Shown in pieces: positions 52,318-64,000 of a stretch of 64,000 nt of DNA; position 1 is the first letter of the stretch, and every line of letters begins with the position of its first letter. The position numbers were made by a program, and so were the translations under genes. This DNA comes from Macrostomum lignano (taxonomy: Eukaryota), in contig NIVC01000013.1 in the NCBI GenBank assembly GCA_002269645.1, forward strand, positions 992,001-1,056,000, in the 5' to 3' direction. The notes under the pieces were generated by a model that worked only from the letters and a program-made list of their open reading frames with translations, made no database searches and was not told the origin of the DNA.

Positions 52318-55300
52318 CTTGTGTGCAAAAGTGATTTTTTTGGGTGCTAAAATGATTGTCTTGTGTGCTAAAATGATTGTCGTGTGTGCTAAAATGACTG
52401 TCTTGTGTGCTAAAATGACTGTCTTGCGTGCTAAAATAATTGTCTTGTGTGCTAAAATGTGTGCAGTGTGTGCTAAAATGTGTGCAGTGTGTGCTAAAAT
52501 GTGTGCAGTGTGTGCTAAAATGTGTGCAGTGTGTGCTAAAATGTGTGCAGTGTGTGCTAAAATGATTGTCTTGTGTGCTAAAATGATTGTCGTGTGTGCT
52601 AAAATGATTGTCTTGTGTGCTAAAATGATTGTCTTGTGTGCTAAAATGATTGTCTTGTGTGCTAAAATGATTGTCGTGTGTGCTAAAATGATTGTCTTGT
52701 GTGCTAAAATGATTGTCGTGTGTGCTAAAATGATTGTCTTGTGTGCTAAAATGTGTGCAGTGTGTGCTAAAATGTGTGCAGTGTGTGCTAAAATGATTGT
52801 CGTGTGTGCTAAAATGTGTGCAGTGTGTGCTAAAATGTGTGCAGTGTGTGCTAAAATGATTGTCTTGTGTGCTAAAATGATTGTCGTGTGTGCTAAAATG
52901 ATTGTCTTGTGTGCTAAAATGATTGTCGTGTGTGCTAAAATGATTGTCTTGTGTGCTAAAATGTGTGCAGTGTGTGCTAAAATGATTGTCGTGTGTGCTA
53001 AAATGATTGTCTTGTGTGCTAAAATGTGTGCAGTGTGTGCTAAAATGATTGTCTTGTGTGCTAAAATGTGTGCAGTGTGTGCTAAAATGATTGTCTTGTG
53101 TGCTAAAATGTGTGCAGTGTGTGTTAAAATGATTGTCTTGTGTGCTAAAATGTGTGCAGTGTGTGCTAAAATGATTGTCGTGTGTGCTAAAATGTGTGCA
53201 GTGTGTGCTAAAATAATTGTCGTGTGTGCTAAAATGATTGTCTTGTGTGCTAAAATGTGTGCAGTGTGTGCTAAAATGATTGTCGTGTGTGCTAAAATGT
53301 GTGCAGTGTGTGCTAAAATAATTTTCTTGTGTGCTAAAATGATTGTCTTGTGTGCTAAAATGATTGTCTTGTGTGCTAAAATGATTGTCTTGTGTGCTAA
53401 AATGTGTGCAGTGTGTGCTAAAATGATTGTCTTATGTGCTAAAATGTGTGCAGTGTGTGCTAAAATGATTGTCTTGTGTGCTAAAATGTGTGCAGTGTGT
53501 GCTAAAATAATTGTCTTGTGTGCTAAAATGATTGTCTTGTGTGCTAAAATGATTGTCTTGTGTGCTAAAATGATTGTCGTGTGTGCTAAAATGATTGTCT
53601 TGTGTGCTAAAATGTGTGCAGTGTGTGCTAAAATGATTGTCTTGTGTGCTAAAATGTGTGCAGTGTGTGCTAAAATGATTGTCTTGTGTGCTAAAATGTG
53701 TGCGGTGTGTGCTAAAATGATTGTCTTGTGTGCTAAAATGTGTGCAGTGTGTGCTAAAATGATTGTCTTGTGTGCTAAAATGTGTGCAGTGTGTGCTAAA
53801 ATGATTGTCGTGTGTGCTAAAATGTGTGCAGTGTGTGCTAAAATAATTGTCGTGTGTGCTAAAATGATTGTCGTGTGTGCTAAAATGTGTGCAGTGTGTG
53901 CTAAAATAATTGTCTTGTGTGCTAAAATAATTTTCTTGTGTGCTAAAATGATTGTCTTGTGTGCTAAAATAATTGTCGTGTGTGCTAAAATGATTGTCTT
54001 GTGTGCTAAAATGATTGTCTTGTGTGCTAAAATGATTGTCTTGTGTGCTAAAATGTGTGCAGTGTGTGCTAAAATGATTGTCTTGTGTGCTAAAATGTGT
54101 GCAGTGTGTGCTAAAATAATTTTCGTGTGTGCTAAAATGATTGTCGTGTGTGCTAAAATGTGTGCAGTGTGTGCTAAAATGATTGTCTTGTGTGCTAAAA
54201 TAATTTTCTTGTGTGCTAAAATGATTGTCTTGTGTGCTAAAATGTGTGCAGTGTGTGCTAAAATGATTGTCTTGTGTGCTAAAATGTGTGCAGTGTGTGC
54301 TAAAATGATTGTCGTGTGTGCTAAAATGATTGTCGTGTGTGCTAAAATGATTGTCTTGTGTGCTAAAATGATTGTCGTGTGTGCTAAAATGATTGTCTTG
54401 TGTGCTAAAATGTGTGCAGTGTGTGCTAAAATGATTGTCGTGTGTGCTAAAATGATTGTCTTGTGTGCTAAAATGTGTGCAGTGTGTGCTAAAATGATTG
54501 TCTTGTGTGCTAAAATGTGTGCAGTGTGTGCTAAAATGATTGTCTTGTGTGCTAAAATGTGTGCAGTGTGTGCTAAAATGATTGTCGTGTGTGCTAAAAT
54601 GTGTGCAGTGTGTGCTAAAATGTGTGCAGTGTGTGCTAAAATGATTGTCTTGTGTGCTAAAATGATTGTCGTGTGTGCTAAAATGATTGTCTTGTGTGCT
54701 AAAATGTGTGCAGTGTGTGCTAAAATGATTGTCTTGTGTGCTAAAATGTGTGCAGTGTGTGCTAAAATGATTGTCTTGTGTGCTAAAATGTGTGCAGTGT
54801 GTGCTAAAATGATTGTCGTGTGTGCTAAAATGTGTGCAGTGTGTGCTAAAATAATTGCCGTGTGTGCTAAAATGATTGTCGTGTGTGCTAAAATGTGTGC
54901 AGTGTGTGCTAAAATAATTGTCTTGTGTGCTAAAATAATTTTCTTGTGTGCTAAAATGATTGTCTTGTGTGCTAAAATAATTGTCGTGTGTGCTAAAATG
55001 ATTGTCTTGTGTGCTAAAATGATTGTCTTGTGTGCTAAAATGATTGTCTTGTGTGCTAAAATGTGTGCAGTGTGTGCTAAAATGATTGTCTTGTGTGCTA
55101 AAATGTGTGCAGTGTGTGCTAAAATAATTTTCGTGTGTGCTAAAATGATTGTCGTGTGTGCTAAAATGTGTGCAGTGTGTGCTAAAATGATTGTCTTGTG
55201 TGCTAAAATAATTTCTTGTGTGCTAAAATGATTGTCTTGTGTGCTAAAATGTGTGCAGTGTGTGCTAAAATGATTGTCTTGTGTGCTAAAATGTGTGCAG

Positions 55301-58300
55301 TGTGTGCTAAAATGATTGTCGTGTGTGCTAAAATGATTGTCGTGTGTGCTAAAATGATTGTCTTGTGTGCTAAAATGATTGTCGTGTGTGCTAAAATGAT
55401 TGTCTTGTGTGCTAAAATGTGTGCAGTGTGTGCTAAAATGATTGTCTTGTGTGCTAAAATGATTGTCTTGTGTGCTAAAATGTGTGCAGTGTGTGCTAAA
55501 ATGATTGTCTTGTGTGCTAAAATGATTGTCGTGTGTGCTAAAATGATTGTCTTGTGTGCTAAAATGATTGTCGTGTGTGCTAAAATGATTGTCTTGTGTG
55601 CTAAAATGTGTGCAGTGTGTGCTAAAATGATTGTCGTGTGTGCTAAAATGATTGTCTTGTGTGCTAAAATGTGTGCAGTGTGTGCTAAAATGATTGTCTT
55701 GTGTGCTAAAATGTGTGCAGTGTGTGCTAAAATGATTGTCTTGTGTGCTAAAATGTGTGCAGTGTGTGCTAAAATGATTGTCGTGTGTGCTAAAATGTGT
55801 GCAGTGTGTGCTAAAATGTGTGCAGTGTGTGCTAAAATGATTGTCTTGTGTGCTAAAATGATTGTCGTGTGTGCTAAAATGATTGTCTTGTGTGCTAAAA
55901 TGATTGTCGTGTGTGCTAAAATGATTGTCTTGTGTGCTAAAATGTGTGCAGTGTGTGCTAAAATGATTGTCTTGTGTGCTAAAATGATTGTCGTGTGTGC
56001 TAAAATGATTGTCTTGTGTGCTAAAATGATTGTCGTGTGTGCTAAAATGATTGTCTTGTGTGCTAAAATGTGTGCAGTGTGTGCTAAAATGATTGTCGTG
56101 TGTGCTAAAATGATTGTCTTGTGTGCTAAAATGTGTGCAGTGTGTGCTAAAATGATTGTCTTGTGTGCTAAAATGTGTGCAGTGTGTGCTAAAATGATTG
56201 TCTTGTGTGCTAAAATGTGTGCAGTGTGTGCTAAAATGATTGTCGTGTGTGCTAAAATGTGTGCAGTGTGTGCTAAAATGTGTGCAGTGTGTGCTAAAAT
56301 GATTGTCTTGTGTGCTAAAATGATTGTCGTGTGTGCTAAAATGATTGTCTTGTGTGCTAAAATGATTGTCGTGTGTGCTAAAATGATTGTCTTGTGTGCT
56401 AAAATGTGTGCAGTGTGTGCTAAAATGATTGTCGTGTGTGCTAAAATGATTGTCTTGTGTGCTAAAATGTGTGCAGTGTGTGCTAAAATGATTGTCTTGT
56501 GTGCTAAAATGTGTGCAGTGTGTGCTAAAATGATTGTCTTGTGTGCTAAAATGTGTGCAGTGTGTGCTAAAATGATTGTCTTGTGTGCTAAAATGTGTGC
56601 AGTGTGTGCTAAAATGATTGTCGTGTGTGCTAAAATGTGTGCAGTGTGTGCTAAAATAATTGTCGTGTGTGCTAAAATGATTGTCTTGTGTGCTAAAATG
56701 TGTGCAGTGTGTGCTAAAATGATTGTCTGTGTGCTAAAATGTGTGCAGTGTGTGCTAAAATATTTCTTGTGTGCTAAAATGATTGTCTTGTGTGCTAAAA
56801 TGATTGTCTTGTGTGCTAAAATGATTGTCTTGTGTGCTAAAATGTGTGCAGTGTGTGCTAAAATGATTGTCTTGTGTGCTAAAATGTGTGCAGTGTGTGC
56901 TAAAATGATTGTCTTGTGTGCTAAAATGTGTGCAGTGTGTGCTAAAATGATTGTCTTGTGTGCTAAAATGATTGTCTGTGTGCTAAAATGATTGTCTTGT
57001 GTGCTAAAATGATTGTCGTGTGTGCTAAAATGATTGTCTTGTGTGCTAAAATGTGTGCAGTGTGTGCTAAAATGATTGTCTTGTGTGCTAAAATGTGTGC
57101 AGTGTGTGCTAAAATGATTGTCTTGTGTGCTAAAATGTGTGCGTGTGTGCTAAAATGATTGTCTTGTGTGCTAAAATGTGTGCAGTGTGTGCTAAAATGA
57201 TTGTCTTGTGTGCTAAAATGTGTGCAGTGTGTGCTAAAATGATTGTCGTGTGTGCTAAAATGTGTGCAGTGTGTGCTAAAATATTGTCGTGTGTGCTAAA
57301 ATGATTGTCGTGTGTGCTAAAATGTGTGCAGTGTGTGCTAAAATGATTGTCTTGTGTGCTAAAATAATTCTTGTGTGCTAAAATGATTGTCTTGTGTGCT
57401 AAAATATTGTCGTGTGTGCTAAAATGATTGTCTTGTGTGCTAAAATGATTGTCTTGTGTGCTAAAATGATTGTCTTGTGTGCTAAAATGTGTGCAGTGTG
57501 TGCTAAAATGATTGTCTTGTGTGCTAAAATGTGTGCAGTGTGTGCTAAAATGATTGTCGTGTGTGCTAAAATGATTGTCGTGTGTGCTAAAATGTGTGCA
57601 GTGTGTGCTAAAATGATTGTCTTGTGTGCTAAAATAATTCTGTGTGCTAAAATGATTGTCTTGTGTGCTAAAATGTGTGCAGTGTGTGCTAAAATGATTG
57701 TCTTGTGTGCTAAAATGTGTGCAGTGTGTGCTAAAATGATTGTCGTGTGTGCTAAAATGATTGTCGTGTGTGCTAAAATGATTGTCTTGTGTGCTAAAAT
57801 GATTGTCGTGTGTGCTAAAATGATTGTCTTGTGTGCTAAAATGTGTGCAGTGTGTGCTAAAATGATTGTCGTGTGTGCTAAAATGATTGTCTTGTGTGCT
57901 AAAATGTGTGCAGTGTGTGCTAAAATGATTGTCTTGTGTGCTAAAATGTGTGCAGTGTGTGCTAAAATGATTGTCTTGTGTGCTAAAATGTGTGCAGTGT
58001 GTGCTAAAATGATTGTCGTGTGTGCTAAAATGTGTGCAGTGTGTGCTAAAATGTGTGCAGTGTGTGCTAAAATGATTGTCTTGTGTGCTAAAATGATTGT
58101 CGTGTGTGCTAAAATGATTGTCTTGTGTGCTAAAATGTGTGCAGTGTGTGCTAAAATGATTGTCTTGTGTGCTAAAATGTGTGCAGTGTGTGCTAAAATG
58201 ATTGTCTTGTGTGCTAAAATGTGTGCAGTGTGTGCTAAAATGATTGTCTGTGTGCTAAAATGTGTGCAGTGTGTGCTAAAATGATTGTCGTGTGTGCTAA

Positions 58301-61300
58301 AATGTGTGCAGTGTGTGCTAAAATGATTGTCTGTGTGCTAAAATGATTGTCTTGTGTGCTAAAATGATTGTCTTGTGTGCTAAAATATTGTCTGTGTGCT
58401 AAAATGATTGTCTTGTGTGCTAAAATGATTGTCTTGTGTGCTAAAATGATTGTCTTGTGTGCTAAAATGATTGTCTTGTGTGCTAAAATGTTGTCTGTGT
58501 GCTAAAATGATTGTCTTGTGTGCTAAAATGTGTGCAGTGTGTGCTAAAATGATTGTCGTGTGTGCTAAAATGTGTGCAGTGTGTGCTAAAATGATTGTGT
58601 GTGCTAAAATGATTGTCTTGTGTGCTAAAATGTGTGCTGTGTGCTAAAATGATTGTCTTGTGTGCTAAAATGTGTGCAGTGTGTGCTAAAATGATTGTCT
58701 TGTGTGCTAAAATGTGTGCAGTGTGTGCTAAAATGATTGTCTGTGTGCTAAAATGATTGTCGTGTGTGCTAAAATGATTGTCTTGTGTGCTAAAATGATT
58801 GTCGTGTGTGCTAAAATGATTGTCTTGTGTGCTAAAATGATTGCAGTGTGTGCTAAAATGATTGTCTTGTGTGCTAAAATGATTGTCTTGTGTGCTAAAA
58901 TGTGTGCAGTGTGTGCTAAAATGATTGTCTTGTGTGCTAAAATGATTGTCGTGTGTGCTAAAATGATTGTCTTGTGTGCTAAAATGATTGTCGTGTGTGC
59001 TAAAATGATTGTCTTGTGTGCTAAAATGTGTGCAGTGTGTGCTAAAATGATTGTCGTGTGTGCTAAAATGATTGTCTTGTGTGCTAAAATGATTGTCGTG
59101 TGTGCTAAAATGATTGTCTTGTGTGCTAAAATGTGTGCAGTGTGTGCTAAAATGATTGTCTTGTGTGCTAAAATGTGTGCAGTGTGTGCTAAAATGATTG
59201 TCGTGTGTGCTAAAATGTGTGCAGTGTGTGCTAAAATGTGTGCAGTGTGTGCTAAAATGATTGTCTTGTGTGCTAAAATGATTGTCGTGTGTGCTAAAAT
59301 GATTGTCTTGTGTGCTAAAATGATTGTCGTGTGTGCTAAAATGATTGTCTTGTGTGCTAAAATGTGTGCAGTGTGTGCTAAAATGATTGTCTTGTGTGCT
59401 AAAATGATTGTCGTGTGTGCTAAAATGATTGTCTTGTGTGCTAAAATGATTGTCGTGTGTGCTAAAATGATTGTCTTGTGTGCTAAAATGTGTGCAGTGT
59501 GTGCTAAAATGATTGTCGTGTGTGCTAAAATGATTGTCTTGTGTGCTAAAATGTGTGCAGTGTGTGCTAAAATGATTGTCTTGTGTGCTAAAATGTGTGC
59601 AGTGTGTGCTAAAATGATTGTCTTGTGTGCTAAAATGTGTGCAGTGTGTGCTAAAATGATTGTCGTGTGTGCTAAAATGTGTGCAGTGTGTGCTAAAATG
59701 TGTGCAGTGTGTGCTAAAATGATTGTCTTGTGTGCTAAAATGATTGTCGTGTGTGCTAAAATGATTGTCTTGTGTGCTAAAATGATTGTCGTGTGTGCTA
59801 AAATGATTGTCTTGTGTGCTAAAATGTGTGCAGTGTGTGCTAAAATGATTGTCGTGTGTGCTAAAATGATTGTCTTGTGTGCTAAAATGTGTGCAGTGTG
59901 TGCTAAAATGATTGTCTTGTGTGCTAAAATGTGTGCAGTGTGTGCTAAAATGATTGTCTTGTGTGCTAAAATGTGTGCAGTGTGTGCTAAAATGATTGTC
60001 GTGTGTGCTAAAATGTGTGCAGTGTGTGCTAAAATGTGTGCAGTGTGTGCTAAAATGATTGTCTTGTGTGCTAAAATGATTGTCGTGTGTGCTAAAATGA
60101 TTGTCTTGTGTGCTAAAATGATTGTCGTGTGTGCTAAAATGATTGTCTTGTGTGCTAAAATGTGTGCAGTGTGTGCTAAAATGATTGTCGTGTGTGCTAA
60201 AATGATTGTCTTGTGTGCTAAAATGTGTGCAGTGTGTGCTAAAATGATTGTCTTGTGTGCTAAAATGTGTGCAGTGTGTGCTAAAATGATTGTCTTGTGT
60301 GCTAAAATGTGTGCAGTGTGTGCTAAAATGATTGTCTTGTGTGCTAAAATGTGTGCAGTGTGTGCTAAAATGATTGTCGTGTGTGCTAAAATGTGTGCAG
60401 TGTGTGCTAAAATGATTGTCGTGTGTGCTAAAATGATTGTCTTGTGTGCTAAAATGTGTGCAGTGTGTGCTAAAATGATTGTCGTGTGTGCTAAAATGTG
60501 TGCAGTGTGTGCTAAAATGATTGTCTTGTGTGCTAAAATGATTGTCTTGTGTGCTAAAATGATTGTGTTGTGTGCTAAAATGATTGTCTTGTGTGCTAAA
60601 ATGTGTGCAGTGTGTGCTAAAATGATTGTCTTGTGTGCTAAAATGTGTGCAGTGTGTGCTAAAATGATTGTCTTGTGTGCTAAAATGATTGTCTTGTGTG
60701 CTAAAATGATTGTCTTGTGTGCTAAAATGATTGTCTTGTGTGCTAAAATGATTGTCTTGTGTGCTAAAATGATTGTCGTGTGTGCTAAAATGATTGTCTT
60801 GTGTGCTAAAATGATTGTCTTGTGTGCTAAAATGTGTGCAGTGTGTGCTAAAATGATTGTCTTGTGTGCTAAAATGTGTGCAGTGTGTGCTAAAATGATT
60901 GTCTTGTGTGCTAAAATGATTGTCTTGTGTGCTAAAATGATTGTCTTGTGTGCTAAAATGATTGTCGTGTGTGCTAAAATGATTGTCTTGTGTGCTAAAA
61001 TGATGTCTGTGTGCTAAAATAATTGTCTTGTGTGCTAAAATGTGTGCAGTGTGTGCTAAAATGTGTGCAGTGTGTGCTAAAATGTGTGCAGTGTGTGCTA
61101 AAATGTGTGCAGTGTGTGCTAAAATGTGTGCAGTGTGTGCTAAAATGATTGTCTTGTGTGCTAAAATGATTGTCGTGTGTGCTAAAATGATTGTCTTGTG
61201 TGCTAAAATGATTGTCTGTGTGCTAAAATGATTGTCTTGTGTGCTAAAATGATTGTCGTGTGTGCTAAAATGATTGTCTTGTGTGCTAAAATGATTGTCG

Positions 61301-64000
61301 TGTGTGCTAAAATGATTGTCTTGTGTGCTAAAATGTGTGCAGTGTGTGCTAAAATGTGTGCAGTGTGTGCTAAAATGATTGTCGTGTGTGCTAAAATGTG
61401 TGCAGTGTGTGCTAAAATGTGTGCAGTGTGTGCTAAAATGATTGTCTTGTGTGCTAAAATGATTGTCGTGTGTGCTAAAATGATTGTCTTGTGTGCTAAA
61501 ATGATTGTCGTGTGTGCTAAAATGATTGTCTTGTGTGCTAAAATGTGTGCAGTGTGTGCTAAAATGATTGTCGTGTGTGCTAAAATGATTGTCTTGTGTG
61601 CTAAAATGTGTGCAGTGTGTGCTAAAATGATTGTCTTGTGTGCTAAAATGTGTGCAGTGTGTGCTAAAATGATTGTCTTGTGTGCTAAAATGATTGTCTT
61701 GTGTGCTAAAATGATTGTCTTGTGTGCTAAAATGTGTGCAGTGTGTGCTAAAATGATTGTCGTGTGTGCTAAAATGTGTGCAGTGTGTGCTAAAATAATT
61801 GTCGTGTGTGCTAAAATGATTGTCTTGTGTGCTAAAATGTGTGCAGTGTGTGCTAAAATGTGTGCAGTGTGTGCTAAAATGATTGTCTTGTGTGCTAAAA
61901 TGATTGTCGTGTGTGCTAAAATGATTGTCTTGTGTGCTAAAATGATTGTCGTGTGTGCTAAAATGATTGTCTTGTGTGCTAAAATGTGTGCAGTGTGTGC
62001 TAAAATGATTGTCGTGTGTGCTAAAATGATTGTCTTGTGTGCTAAAATGTGTGCAGTGTGTGCTAAAATGATTGTCTTGTGTGCTAAAATGTGTGCAGTG
62101 TGTGCTAAAATGATTGTCTTGTGTGCTAAAATGTGTGCAGTGTGTGCTAAAATGATTGTCTTGTGTGCTAAAATGATTGTCTGTGTGCTAAAATGATTGT
62201 CTTGTGTGCTAAAATGATTGTCGTGTGTGCTAAAATGATTGTCTTGTGTGCTAAAATGTGTGCAGTGTGTGCTAAAATGATTGTCTTGTGTGCTAAAATG
62301 TGTGCAGTGTGTGCTAAAATGATTGTCTTGTGTGCTAAAATGTGTGCAGTGTGTGCTAAAATGATTGTCTTGTGTGCTAAAATGTGTGCAGTGTGTGCTA
62401 AAATGATTGTCTTGTGTGCTAAAATGTGTGCAGTGTGTGCTAAAATGATTGTCTGTGTGCTAAAATGTGTGCAGTGTGTGCTAAAATGATTGTCGTGTGT
62501 GCTAAAATGATTGTCGTGTGTGCTAAAATGTTGTCAGTGTGTGCTAAAATGATTGTCTTGTGTGCTAAAATTTCTGTGTGCTAAAATGATTGTCTTGTGT
62601 GCTAAAATTGTCGTGTGTGCTAAAATGATTGTCTTGTGTGCTAAAATGATTGTCTGTGTGCTAAAATGATTGTCTTGTGTGCTAAAATGTGTGCAGTGTG
62701 TGCTAAAATGATTGTCTTGTGTGCTAAAATGTGTGCAGTGTGTGCTAAAATGATTGTCGTGTGTGCTAAAATGATTGTCGTGTGTGCTAAAATGTGTGCA
62801 GTGTGTGCTAAAATGATTGTCTTGTGTGCTAAAATGTGTCTGTGTGCTAAAATGATTGTCTTGTGTGCTAAAATGTGTGCAGTGTGTGCTAAAATGATTG
62901 TCTTGTGTGCTAAAATGTGTGCAGTGTGTGCTAAAATGATTGTCTTGTGTGCTAAAATGTGTGCAGTGTGTGCTAAAATGATTGTCTTGTGTGCTAAAAT
63001 GATTGTCGTGTGTGCTAAAATGATTGTCTTGTGTGCTAAAATGTGTGCAGTGTGTGCTAAAATGATTGTCGTGTGTGCTAAAATGATTGTCTTGTGTGCT
63101 AAAATGTGTGCAGTGTGTGCTAAAATGATTGTCTTGTGTGCTAAAATGTGTGCAGTGTGTGCTAAAATGATTGTCTTGTGTGCTAAAATGTGTGCAGTGT
63201 GTGCTAAAATGATTGTCTGTGTGCTAAAATGTGTGCAGTGTGTGCTAAAATGATTGTCGTGTGTGCTAAAATGATTGTCTTGTGTGCTAAAATGATTGTC
63301 GTGTGTGCTAAAATGATTGTCTTGTGTGCTAAAATGTTGTCAGTGTGTGCTAAAATGATTGTCTTGTGTGCTAAAATGTGTGCAGTGTGTGCTAAAATGA
63401 TTGTCTTGTGTGCTAAAATGTGTGCAGTGTGTGCTAAAATGATTGTCTTGTGTGCTAAAATGTGTGCAGTGTGTGCTAAAATGATTGTCGTGTGTGCTAA
63501 AATGATTGTCAGTGTGTGCTAAAATGTTGTCAGTGTGTGCTAAAATGATTGTCTGTGTGCTAAAATGTGTGCTGTGTGCTAAAATGATTGTCTTGTGTGC
63601 TAAAATGTGTGCTGTGTGCTAAAATGATTGTCTTGTGTGCTAAAATGTGTGCTGTGTGCTAAAATGATTGTCTTGTGTGCTAAAATGTGTGCAGTGTGTG
63701 CTAAAATGATTGTCTTGTGTGCTAAAATGTGTGCAGTGTGTGCTAAAATGATTGTCTGTGTGCTAAAATGATTGTCGTGTGTGCTAAAATGTTGCAGTGT
63801 GTGCTAAAATGATTGTCTTGTGTGCTAAAATGTGTCTGTGTGCTAAAATGATTGTCTTGTGTGCTAAAATGTGTGCAGTGTGTGCTAAAATGATTGTCTT
63901 GTGTGCTAAAATGTGTGCAGTGTGTGCTAAAATGATTGTCTTGTGTGCTAAAATGATTGTCGTGTGTGCTAAAATGATTGTCTTGTGTGCTAAAATGATT
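52318..64000. repeat. 21-bp satellite DNA array (>11.6 kb, runs off the window) with three monomer types
   Basis: Constant core GTGTGCTAAAAT plus GATTGTCTT, GATTGTCGT or GTGTGCAGT; about 550 monomers; higher-order ordering visible. Confidence 0.99.

Noticed and set aside
52319-63522. Very long ORFs (up to 970 aa) of CAKMIVL/CAKMCAV repeats
   Set aside because: A 21-bp unit with one stop-free frame gives long ORFs automatically; frames break at random indels and there is no gene context.
52318-64000. CRISPR-like constant-repeat plus variable-spacer appearance
   Set aside because: The variable part is 9 nt with only three recurring types, the context is eukaryotic, and there are no cas genes.

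Overview
Eukaryotic (invertebrate metazoan) genomic DNA. GC-rich spliced exons, poly-Q coding tracts, GATA microsatellites and a different minisatellite in most introns resemble a free-living flatworm such as Macrostomum; this assignment is an inference. Genes reconstructed by hand from splice sites: a 5-exon cytosolic alpha-carbonic anhydrase (+, 7808-13921, one GC-AG intron); a CUB-CUB-Cys-rich single-pass receptor with a PPxY motif (-, 23352-17705); an NRPS-like AASDH/ACSF4 (A-T-PQQ propeller; -, 28105-24012) with no ATG at its 5' acceptor; an intronless SLC22 transporter (-, 43924-42317); a short Myt1-family CCHHC zinc-finger factor (-, ~47019-45099); and a candidate 59-aa membrane microprotein (-, 50382-50203). 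Between 28.6 and 41.7 kb is a transposon graveyard: a piggyBac remnant, a Merlin element with TIRs and an 8-bp TSD, an internally deleted Mag-type Gypsy with both LTRs, and two mariner fragments. Part of it is an abrupt CpG desert of about 6 kb with CpG>TpG/CpA decay. The last 11.7 kb is a 21-bp satellite built from three monomer types arranged in higher-order repeats. The most notable leads are the CpG desert, the possible spliced-leader-supplied AUG and operon-like AASDH/CUB pair, and the satellite higher-order structure.
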